A stretch of DNA of 63,266 bases, counting the filler, from Craspedostauros australis (taxonomy: Eukaryota), in assembly GCA_030167865.1 (NCBI GenBank). It is 7 parts of 7 records of this genome, joined end to end, with 100 filler letters (N's around TTAATTAATTAA, not from the genome) between each part and the next. Parts side by side here need not be neighbours in the genome. Positions count along the whole stretch, not along the records: positions 25,738 to 57,724 come from JALAGF010001686.1; positions 57,825 to 59,486 come from JALAGF010001687.1; positions 59,587 to 63,266 come from JALAGF010001689.1; 4 more parts are not named here. The stretch is one strand, 5' to 3'. The notes under the pieces were generated by a model. The model saw only the letters and a program-made list of their open reading frames with translations, did no database searches and was not told the DNA's origin. Shown here piece by piece: positions 54,705 to 63,266 of the stretch; positions within the stretch are counted from its first letter, which is position 1, and each line of letters opens with the position of its first letter. Made by a program: the position numbers and the translations under genes.

Positions 54705-55664
54705 ATGATGAGGACATCGCCAAGACAGAAACAACGCAACGCCAAGATGGTGTTTGGGCGAGCAATGGCGCTCCTGATTGCCGTGACCGCAACACACGGT
54801 CTGGTCATTCCAATTCCGCAGCAACAGCAACGGCCTGGAACAGCGCCCATGCCTGCCCCACGCAAAGCACCATCCATCCAGTCACCGTCATCGCCGGCAG
54901 CACCCGCAAAGCCGACAACCACCAGCACAGCCCGCGTGCGGATACGGACGGCCGAACAAACCGATCTATCCGATGTCGCGGAACTCTTGACCGATTCCCT
55001 CATCCCGTCGGCTCCCAGCGACCGATACAACTTCAAACTCGCCGTCGAACGACTTCAGACCAAATCGGCCGTCGAATCCTTGCTCGCATCGCGGTTTCGC
55101 ACCATCCGACACGGCCAACAATTCTGGAAGGACTACGCGCCCGTATTGCCGGAGCTCTCCCACCACGACGGCCTGCGTCTGCTGTGGTCCAATGATGCCT
55201 TCCGCGTCACGTTGGAGACGGCGGCACGCCGATCGACGGAACCGCATCCCTGGAATCGTCACAACTTCGCGATCGTTCCAGAATCGGCCGATTGGCTGCG
55301 GCACCAGATGATCACGGCGACCGCGAACGGGGAGGTGATTGGGTTCTGTGAGATCGCCATGCTGGAAGTGCCAGGCAATGATGATGATGATGATGATGAC
55401 GATGATGATAATGGCGAGACGAAGTACGCGCCAACGATCGTGAATCTCGTAACGTCTTCCAACTACCGACGCAGAGGTGTGGCATCGGCGTTGTTGGGGA
55501 GCGCATCGAGATTGGTGCAGCGATCGTGGTCAGCGCAGTCCCTGCGGCTGTACGTCGAAGAGGAAAATCATTCGGCACAGAAGCTGTACGACAAGCTCGG
55601 ATTTGAGACCGTCTCACGTGTGCAACGCAAGTCTCGACACCAACTGTACATGGTCAAGCAGTAG
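54705..55664 (+). CDS. GNAT-family N-acetyltransferase with N-terminal targeting sequence
   Basis: VRIRTA...DL..VAELL, GEVIGFCEI, IVNLVTSSNYRRRGVASALL (acetyl-CoA motif A), LYVEEENHSAQKLYDKLGF (motif B); hydrophobic leader AMALLIAVTATHG-L. Confidence 0.88.
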   Translation: MMRTSPRQKQRNAKMVFGRAMALLIAVTATHGLVIPIPQQQQRPGTAPMPAPRKAPSIQSPSSPAAPAKPTTTSTARVRIRTAEQTDLSDVAELLTDSLIPSAPSDRYNFKLAVERLQTKSAVESLLASRFRTIRHGQQFWKDYAPVLPELSHHDGLRLLWSNDAFRVTLETAARRSTEPHPWNRHNFAIVPESADWLRHQMITATANGEVIGFCEIAMLEVPGNDDDDDDDDDDNGETKYAPTIVNLVTSSNYRRRGVASALLGSASRLVQRSWSAQSLRLYVEEENHSAQKLYDKLGFETVSRVQRKSRHQLYMVKQ

Positions 55665-56216
55665 AGTGAAGTATGGTGGAATGCACGAAGACAGTTTGAA
55701 AGAGTATGTACGTACGAGCCATTTGCACATAATAAAGTACCATCGTGGCTCGTACATACAGGTGACATGCCACCATTGTAGATAGAAAGAACATGTGTCA
55801 TACAGATTGCATAGAGCATACAGTAGAGTAGTGCCAGTTCCACATGCTGTAGTGAAGACCAGAGCCATGAATAGACGAGAGAAATAGATGTCAAGGTCGA
55901 TCACATCACACACTAACTGTCTTGCACTCGTTGGTCAAAGACGTGCAAGCATCTTTACTGATACATCCAAGACAAACACAATGCTCGAAGTGGACTGGAA
56001 CTGTACCGGTAAGCTGATTGTAATGGTGTGCTAGTCAGTGTTCCTTCGCTACTCCAGCTAAGTGCTAAGTACCTTGTTGGGTCGAGCCGAGTACTGTGGA
56101 ATATTGTCTCGTATGTCGATGGAGTGCTCTCTCTCGCGAATTTCAACATGCACCATCCCGATCAGCTCAAAGCAAATCAAGCGGCTGCGTGGCATCGGAG
56201 TCATGGCGATGGATGC

Positions 56217-56913
56217 TTAACCCTTCTTGAAGTTATTGAGCATGTCGAACTCCACATCTCTCTCGAGGATCTTGTCGACGTCCGCGCGGATCTCGCTCTT
56301 CAGCGGATCCAGCACCATATTTGGTGCGTAATCGCCGAGGTTCTTTTGCTTGAAGGCCAAGTCGCTGGCGCGCTTCAGCCTGCGGTAACGTCCCTCGACG
56401 ACGTCTGGGTGTGCCAGCTCCAAGGCCTCGTTCACCTCTGGCTCGTCGCGGCTCATGATGTCCTCGTAGCGCAGGCCTGTAAGAATGCGATGCATAGCAC
56501 ATATGAAGCAAAAAGGGAGAGTGCGTATGTCACGTCGTGTGATGTGGGTGCAAGGCATTGCAGCGCAACAATTATGGTTGTTCGAGAGAAAGAGAGGGAG
56601 GAAGTGATGGAGCAGAGTAGTTCAAAAGGTTAGGAAAGAGAGAATGGACTTCGAGTGTACTCCGATTCTTCGCATTGGTGGGTCGAATGTGTCGAACCGC
56701 GCGCAAACGGCTGTGCGCGGAAGATCGCGCAGTAACACCACACCGTTCTCGCGCAATACAACTTCTCCCCATGACGGCAACGATCCCACGAGCAACCGAC
56801 GCAATGGACGCACCCATCTTGTTGAGCTCCTTGGTGATGGAGGCTTGGTAGAGCTTGGCAGCTCTGTTCATGAGCGGCTCCATGAGCTTCGTCACGCTTG
56901 AAAGTCCCGACAT
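56217..56913 (-). CDS. QCR7: Cytochrome bc1 complex subunit 7 (14 kDa; UQCRB) (exons 56913-56814, 56476-56217)
   Basis: Spliced product reads ...YQASITKELNKMG-LRYEDIM...VNEALE...R.RRLKRASDL.FKQK.L. Phase-1 intron GTGCGT...CAG spans 56813-56477. Confidence 0.92.
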
Positions 56914-57287
56914 GTTGTCTATCTCTTTTGGTTGTGTGTGATGACGTTGGTGTTGTTGCGGTGACTGTTGTGGTTGTCGTGGTTGTTGCTGTTGCGTAGA
57001 AGCGGCTGTTGCTGTGTGTTCGTGTTGTTTCTTCCTCGTCTCGTCTGTCTGTGTTTGCTTTTGCTGTTGTTGGTGCCGTTGCCCGCGTTTTCCCCACACA
57101 AAACGGCAGGCGATTGTTGTTGTTGCGTGTATTGGGGCTTTCCAAGTACCATCGCTCACGTCTTCGTGAATTCGCATCGTCTGTCCAACAACCGTCCATT
57201 CACAAAACACCAACCAAAAATGATGGCGCAAAGAACGAGAAGAAGTGTGATGATCGGGAGACGATACGAGTAGTGTGTGTGTGTGTG

Positions 57288-57724
57288 TGATGTGAAGTTA
57301 TTATGACTCGTCTCTGTTGTCTCTGCTGAGGCTGTGAACAGGGGTTCATTTGCTGCTCCGTCTGGCCTTCGACCGTATACCAACACCCCCCCCACGCTGA
57401 CGCAGTCAGCGGAAGTTACAAATCCGGACTCCTGTAGTCGTTTACATATGAGGGCACGTTGCGACCCATAACTAGGTCGACGTGCCGGAAGAACAGGACC
57501 ACGGGTGTCTGTTTCGTGCAGATATCAGATGCGTTCATCTCTGAGGAGACCTCGGGATAGGCGACAAGGTCTGTCTCGACCCAATCGAGGACCGCGAATT
57601 CTCGGATGGCTATGTGTCGTGAGTTCCGAGTGGGCTGACTGGCACTGGCCATCAGCCTGGCACCGCGATTATCCTCGAAGATGGGGGTTGCGAACAGTTG
57701 TGCCACGCCAACTTCATGGAGAAT
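57288..57724 (-). mobile_element. 3' end of a Ty1/copia retrotransposon: RNase H C-terminus (57724-57416), polypurine tract (57393-57386) and putative short 3' LTR (57385-~57288)
   Basis: PIFEDNRGA...PTRNSRHIAIREF.V.DWVE...V.SEMNASDICTK matches the copia RNase H end. A G8 tract is followed immediately by TGTTGG; the candidate LTR end ...CACATCA abuts a (CA)n run. Confidence 0.85.
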
Positions 57725-57824
57725 NNNNNNNNNNNNNNNNNNNNNNNNNNNNNNNNNNNNNNNNNNNNTTAATTAATTAANNNNNNNNNNNNNNNNNNNN
57801 NNNNNNNNNNNNNNNNNNNNNNNN
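57725..57824. other. Artificial contig spacer
   Basis: N44-TTAATTAATTAA-N44. Confidence 0.97.
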
Positions 57825-58614
57825 GCATTGCATGCCAGGCGACGATGAAGGAGAGGATTGACGAAAATGACCAACATCTTCCCCGCAATCTACATCCGAT
57901 GGAGATGAAAACATCAGGCAACCGATGCCATGAGTACCTTACAACATGTCCGACGAGTCATCCCCAATGAAGGTCCTCAAGTAACGGGCACAGCAGTGCG
58001 TTGTGAAGGCTTGTAGCCNTCAANACATCAGCAGATNCGCGNCACAAGTTCCAACGNGNCGCCNGAAACGTAACGGACTGGAATGAATGCTCCTGCTCTN
58101 CCTTCGGAGGGCATGTGTTGCGTTTCGCATCTTCCCCATGCACTCTTTGCTTTCCCGGACGGTTGCGGTAGAATTGGCTTGCGTGAACTGTGCGGCAGTG
58201 ACATCAGGCAAGAATATCGGGCTTGATTTCGAGTGGAAGGGACGTATGCTTGATCAGTTGATGTACGTGCGTCAGCTAGAGACGTTGGCAATGGATCTGC
58301 TCAAGGCTCGGCTGTGCTGACGTTCCGTACTCCTTGCTAGTTCACCATCACACCAGCATCAATCGGATCTTCCTATCAGATCGAGACGTCACAATACCAG
58401 ACCAAAAGCATAACACTCTGGCGATTCTGGTATGCAGCAAGGCACGGGAAAAACGTTGAAACACGACTCAGAGCTTGTTCGACCACTCCGACTTCTTACT
58501 TTGAATCGCTGAAGCGATGTTGAAGTTCGACTCAACTGATTGCTACAGTTGTTGCAGAATAACGTTTACAACGTCAATACGTTTAAAAAGCGAACTCCAA
58601 CCACATACAACTGA

Positions 58615-58730
58615 TTCAATGAAACTAACAACGTTTCAATGAAACTAATGACAATTCAATGAAACTAATGACGATTCAATGAAACTAATGACGTTTCAAT
58701 GAAACTAATGACGTTTCAATGAAAGTAACG
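58615..58730. repeat. 20-bp tandem repeat array 1 (TTCAATGAAACTAATGACGT, ~6 copies)
   Basis: Exact 20-nt periodicity. Confidence 0.92.
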
Positions 58731-59102
58731 TTGGACCACGACTGAGCAACAAGAACACGACTCATAAGATTTTGTCGAAACTCAACGCGAACCAAATCAA
58801 CCACACACGACAAATCAGTTTTGTGTCGTTCCGAAACGACAAGAACATGATGTGTGTGCTGCCTGTATCGGTGAATGTAGCAAATGATAACACTGGTTTT
58901 TACATGTTCTTGGTGCAAGTACTACCATTGCGTACTTTGCACTATGAATCGTGTTGCACAAGAAGGGCAAGCACTTGTTGTTGTGGACAAGTTTGGCTTT
59001 GGGCGCACGTGATTTTGTTTTTGTTCGAATGGAGGTCCAAACGTGGATTTGTCAAATCATGAATCAAACGACTCCCGCATACCTTCGATGTCAGTCGTGC
59101 CA

Positions 59103-59238
59103 TTTCAATGAAACTAGTGACGTCTCAATGAAACTAATGACGTTTCAATGAAACTAACCGGCATTCAATGAAACTAATCGGCATTCAATGAAACTAATGA
59201 CGTTTCAATGAAAGTAATGACGTTTCAATGAAAGTAAC
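59103..59238. repeat. 20-bp tandem repeat array 2 (same unit, ~7 copies, same orientation)
   Basis: Exact 20-nt periodicity; terminal units of both arrays carry the GAAAGTAA variant. Confidence 0.92.
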
Positions 59239-59486
59239 AATCACTGAGTTAACGCATATAACGTCTATTTAACTCTCTTTGATTGGAACATCGGAGTTGC
59301 TCTTGACTCGTCGGAGTCAAAGAGTATTTCGAACACGGGATCGGTGCGGCAGAGGGCGTTTGTCCATTCTCCAGACACACTTTCAGCGAATTTCCCGTGC
59401 CTTGCAGTATAGTACTATCCACAACGCTACGCACAGCATTGGCAAAGCGAGCACAACGTGCAAATCAACCTTCTTTCTTTTCATTG

Positions 59487-59586
59487 NNNNNNNNNNNNNN
59501 NNNNNNNNNNNNNNNNNNNNNNNNNNNNNNTTAATTAATTAANNNNNNNNNNNNNNNNNNNNNNNNNNNNNNNNNNNNNNNNNNNN
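59487..59586. other. Artificial contig spacer
   Basis: N44-TTAATTAATTAA-N44. Confidence 0.97.
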
Positions 59587-60189
59587 ACAGCGCGAGCCCA
59601 GTCACCCATTGCGCCACCAACTTGGCGCGTTACAGGCGAACAGAGAGGCATAGCAAACTTAAGCTGAACTCTGGTGCTCACCTGAGAGAGGATGACTACA
59701 GTTCGTCCGATGACGAGTGCACATTTTCCCGTCCTGCTCCTGTTCGCATGACGATTGCTCGTGGTCGCAAAGCTACCGGATCAGGGCATTCTGCAAAGGT
59801 AAGTGTTGTCAATACCGGTTTCGTCTTCTGTTCTTCACAACTCCCACTTGTTCACTCACACATCCTTGCGTTGTTGCTTTTTCACTGCGCAGTACGCTCG
59901 TCAACCATCTCGTGTGACTGTTGGTTCGATGGACATGCCTGCTCGTGCTTCCCGCCGCGCGGCTGCTCGCAGACGTGCTCGTCACGCTGATATTCCTGAC
60001 CCCGTCGTGGTGCCTTCCACTGTTCTCTCCAGCGCCAGCAACCAGCGTTGCACCAAAGTCAGGCGCAGGAAGCGTGTGCCCGAGTTGATTAAGATTGACT
60101 GCGAGTCAGACAGCGACGGCCAGGAGGAGGTCAACCTGCCATCGGCGAGCCTCAAGAGTGAGGGGGACGAGACCACACAGACTGAGTAA
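59587..60189 (+). CDS. 3' end of a truncated hypothetical gene (exons <59587-59798, 59893-60189)
   Basis: A 94-nt GTAAGT...CAG intron joins two open frames in phase 0 (GHSAK-YARQPS); basic/acidic low-complexity product. Confidence 0.4.
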
Positions 60190-60951
60190 GAGTGGAGCAA
60201 GTCCCATGCAGCACGAACAACCAACATAACATAACTAGTGACCAACCGTAATACCATGTTCACACTACGTCGATGAACTGTCTATGGGAGTACCTTCTAG
60301 ATTGTGAACATGTTATACGATGACTACTTGGACTACCAATGGAGTCCCATCGGAAAACGACGCCGAAAACGTATTTACCGCGCTTCCATAGGATGATGGG
60401 CGAAAAGTTCTGGATCGTGAACGCGCTCTTCTCTTCCGTTGTCTCGCACCCGTATGACCCACGAGGTTGGGTCCTCAACTCCGTGCTCTCTGCTGCACAC
60501 TATTATCCTATTCCGTGATAGAACATAGATTGACGCACAACATACGATGCACAGCGGACTCGGTACTCCCTGTCGCGGCTCGTGTGCACTGCCGACCAGC
60601 CATCACCGAACCAGTGAAACTGCCTGCCAGTGTTCACGCGTGTGCTGGGTACTGTCGCATGGGTTGCCCTGTGTTGGAGTGTTTGTACATGCACGTGTAA
60701 ATACTTGTGCACGTTTGTACATACGCGCCTCAGTACCGCAATATGCCCTCAGAGTAGCTCGGATGTCCAGTGCGGTGCCCTGCAACATGTCAGCCGCGGC
60801 GTTCGATGTCACCACGGGGCGAATTGCCGCGAAGTGTCTTCACTCAGCTCTTCGCTCAGCTGTTCGCGCCTCCCTCTCATCTCACAAAATCAAATCTTGA
60901 CCAAATCAAGCAAAGAAAACAAACCAAACAAAGCAAAGAAAACAACGCAAG

Positions 60952-61704
60952 ATGAAGACCCACCTCGTCCTCCTTCTCTCTGCTGTCATCATCGCGCAGG
61001 CAGCCGAGAACGTTGCCAGCAATCCACGCGAGCAAGACCTTTCCAAACGATTCCTCCGAACAGGTCGTCGTCTTCCACCAGTCAATGATGATTCTCAACC
61101 CGAAGGTGAGCCAAACGCGGCACTTCGAAAATATGAAGGCCAAGAAGGCCGAAGCCCGGCACGTCGAAGATATGAAGGCCAAGAAGGCGGAGGCCAAGGA
61201 AACGCAGGCGCAGCAAGCGGAGCTGGGACAAACCAAGGAACCACACCTGCCGCGGGTGGAAGCGCAGGCCCAGATGACCAAACACGCACAGATTCACGTA
61301 GTGTGACTCCGGGCAGTGGAAGCTCCGGCCAAGGTGGATCAGGCCCAGGCAGCGAACCGGGTTCAAGCGGTGAAGCACGTTCAGGCCGTCGATCACGTCC
61401 ACGTCGATCACGCCCACGTCGATCACGCCCACGTCGATCACGTTCAAGGAGTACATCACGTTCAAACAGTGCACCAGATTCAAGCAGTGCACAAAGTTCA
61501 AGCAGTGGATCGGCTTCAAAGGGATCGGGTTCAAAGGGAGCGAGTTCAAGCAGTGAATCTGGCTCAAGCAGTGGACCAGGCTCAAGCAGTGGACCAGGCT
61601 CAAGCGGCGGACCAGGCTCAAGCGGCGGACCAGGCTCAAGCGGCGGACCAGGCGCAAGCAGTGAACCGGGTACAAGCGTTGGATCGGGTTCAAAGAGGGG
61701 ATGA
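60952..61704 (+). CDS. Secreted low-complexity Gly/Ser/Arg-rich repeat protein (silaffin-like candidate)
   Basis: A-rich leader; signal peptide MKTHLVLLLSAVIIAQA; RFL/RRL motifs; 2x YEGQEG; (RRSRP)x3 from 15-nt repeats (61387-61446); (GSS[S/G]GP)x5 from 18-nt repeats (61561-61650). Confidence 0.7.
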   Translation: MKTHLVLLLSAVIIAQAAENVASNPREQDLSKRFLRTGRRLPPVNDDSQPEGEPNAALRKYEGQEGRSPARRRYEGQEGGGQGNAGAASGAGTNQGTTPAAGGSAGPDDQTRTDSRSVTPGSGSSGQGGSGPGSEPGSSGEARSGRRSRPRRSRPRRSRPRRSRSRSTSRSNSAPDSSSAQSSSSGSASKGSGSKGASSSSESGSSSGPGSSSGPGSSGGPGSSGGPGSSGGPGASSEPGTSVGSGSKRG

Positions 61705-63266
61705 GGTGTAACCTGCGAAACAAGCACAAGACGCGAACCAGGAGAAGGTCGCTGAAGATCATGTTGTGGAGGTGCAGATTGAGGTGGCCAAAGTGATACC
61801 ACGAGTGCGAGCGGAAGCACAGGGGTTCGATACTTTGGACCGACGAAGATTTTTGCACCGCAGCAACAGGCGCGCAGGCACAAATCCAAGGAGGAGGCAG
61901 TCCATGCGCTGTTTTGAGCGCCTGCACAACTGCCGATTGTATTCAAGTAACACGCCACATGGATGAGCTCATCATAACGCTATACTCGTATTCTATTGTG
62001 TACGACCCAACTCCATAATGGCTTCAGCGCCAATGGCTCCTCCCAAAGAAGAGTTTCTACATCGATATGAGAAGGGACTACATATGTGTACAACAGAAGA
62101 GTAGAGTACTTGACTTACATTGTACCAATGCTCTCCTTGATCGTACCTGTGTGGTTGATAGCCAATTGTTTGTCATTGGATGAGACTGAATTGTCGGAAG
62201 GCAGTTTCTGTCTCCCCGTTTGGCTTGCCTGCATCTCCTAGTTCATTTCGTGCTTCCAGTGCTTCCCAATCTTCTGCTCTTCCTGGATCTCATTGAGATG
62301 AGATACAGTCTCCCCTGCCCGGGTCTGGTGTCATTGCCTTCAACAGTTGCACTCGTCCTGGCACGTCCAATCGTGATCGATACTGGTCCATCGTCCATGG
62401 CACATTGTCCATCTGCACGTTCCCACAATCCGGAGCGAACGAAGCGGACTTTTCGTTGATTCCGCTTTGCGCGTACGAGCACCTCGCACAGATGGGGAAA
62501 CGAGCGTTCCGAGAAGCTCATCTCGCATGAATCGACGTCGCTGATTGTCCGGTACAAATCACAAGCGGGCTGATCTTCGGTAGTCATACTACGAGCTGCT
62601 CGTATCCTGGTATCCATATCTCCCGCTGCACGCTGCACATGTGTACAGTACGATTGTACTCGTATGGCCTTGCGAGTTAGTGCTGGATGGGACCTTCGAT
62701 TGGAACGGATGTCGTTCTGCGGCGGCCTGTTGCATCCCCCCGTTCTGCCACCTTCTTCGTCTTCTCGTATCATCGCCAACGCGAGGACCCTCGGATGCCT
62801 TGGGCACCTCGTTTCTCACTGTTGCCCTTCATTAGATCTCAACCACTGTCCCACCCACAGAGCACGTGTTGCCAGCCAATGTGGCTGCCGACCAATGCAC
62901 GAAATGAAAGCGTGTGGGAGTTGGTTGTGTGCAGCCTGCCTCCAACGTCAAACGGTGTCACGATAACACTCCAGTTGTAGAATTTTGGCCCCTCTTTGAA
63001 GTTGGTGTGCTCCGTGCTGGTTGCTGTTGGGCGAAGCGGTGATTGCAGACGATCTATCTAGAGCCATGACCCGCTTGAGTGAGGGGACTTACAGTCGGCC
63101 TAAAGGGGTGGCAACATACGGGCGTTTCAACCAAACCACTCCCGTATTCATAAACTAGATAATACTATAAGATGCGTAGTGGAGCCCAATTTTGCTCAAA
63201 GGTCTTATTTTAATTTTTGTGGAGCTTCGTAGATTTACGGTCCTCTTGGTCGAATATGCGGGTCAC

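Noticed and set aside
58615..59238. CRISPR array
   Set aside because: Repeats are contiguous 20-mers with no unique 25-45 nt spacers; no cas genes; eukaryotic context.
61013..61958. Alternative-frame and antisense ORFs (VDHAH/AQAVDQ and LEPGP repeats)
   Set aside because: Frame by-products of the same 15- and 18-nt repeats; only the 60952 frame has an ATG with leader context and a signal peptide.
62243..62779. 178-aa minus-strand ORF
   Set aside because: No codon bias, motif or splice support; treated as non-coding or unresolved.

Overview
Eukaryotic, intron-containing nuclear DNA, almost certainly from a pennate diatom. Evidence: an LHC/FCP gene with an ASAFAP-type bipartite plastid presequence, a diatom-type cyclase-PDE tail, CoDi-like copia fragments and GT-AG introns. 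The window is not contiguous: six 100-bp artificial spacers (N44-TTAATTAATTAA-N44) split it into seven pieces (1-16929, 17030-20787, 20888-24185, 24286-25637, 25738-57724, 57825-59486, 59587-63266). The first gene-dense block holds RER1, a GT64 glycosyltransferase, a histidine phosphatase, TRM112, eIF2-alpha, RPLP1, an LHC gene and tRNA-Trp(CCA). The second holds a bromodomain-like protein, an FG-GAP membrane protein, MFAP1, a CaaX-ending ARM protein, a bZIP, an alpha/beta hydrolase, TM9SF, an orphan, SEM1/DSS1, a GNAT and QCR7. Between them lies CpG-depleted transposon debris: a spliced YqaJ-exonuclease pseudo-ORF, a piggyBac-like transposase with a duplicated terminus, mariner-like and copia fragments, and truncated PDE and STAND-ATPase genes. 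The best leads are the YqaJ/piggyBac-type element, a secreted Arg/Ser/Gly silaffin-like precursor, a new repeated motif in the FG-GAP protein, a start codon split by an intron, an unusual tRNA-Trp and a candidate 37-aa transmembrane microprotein. All family assignments are by motif recognition by eye; no searches were run.
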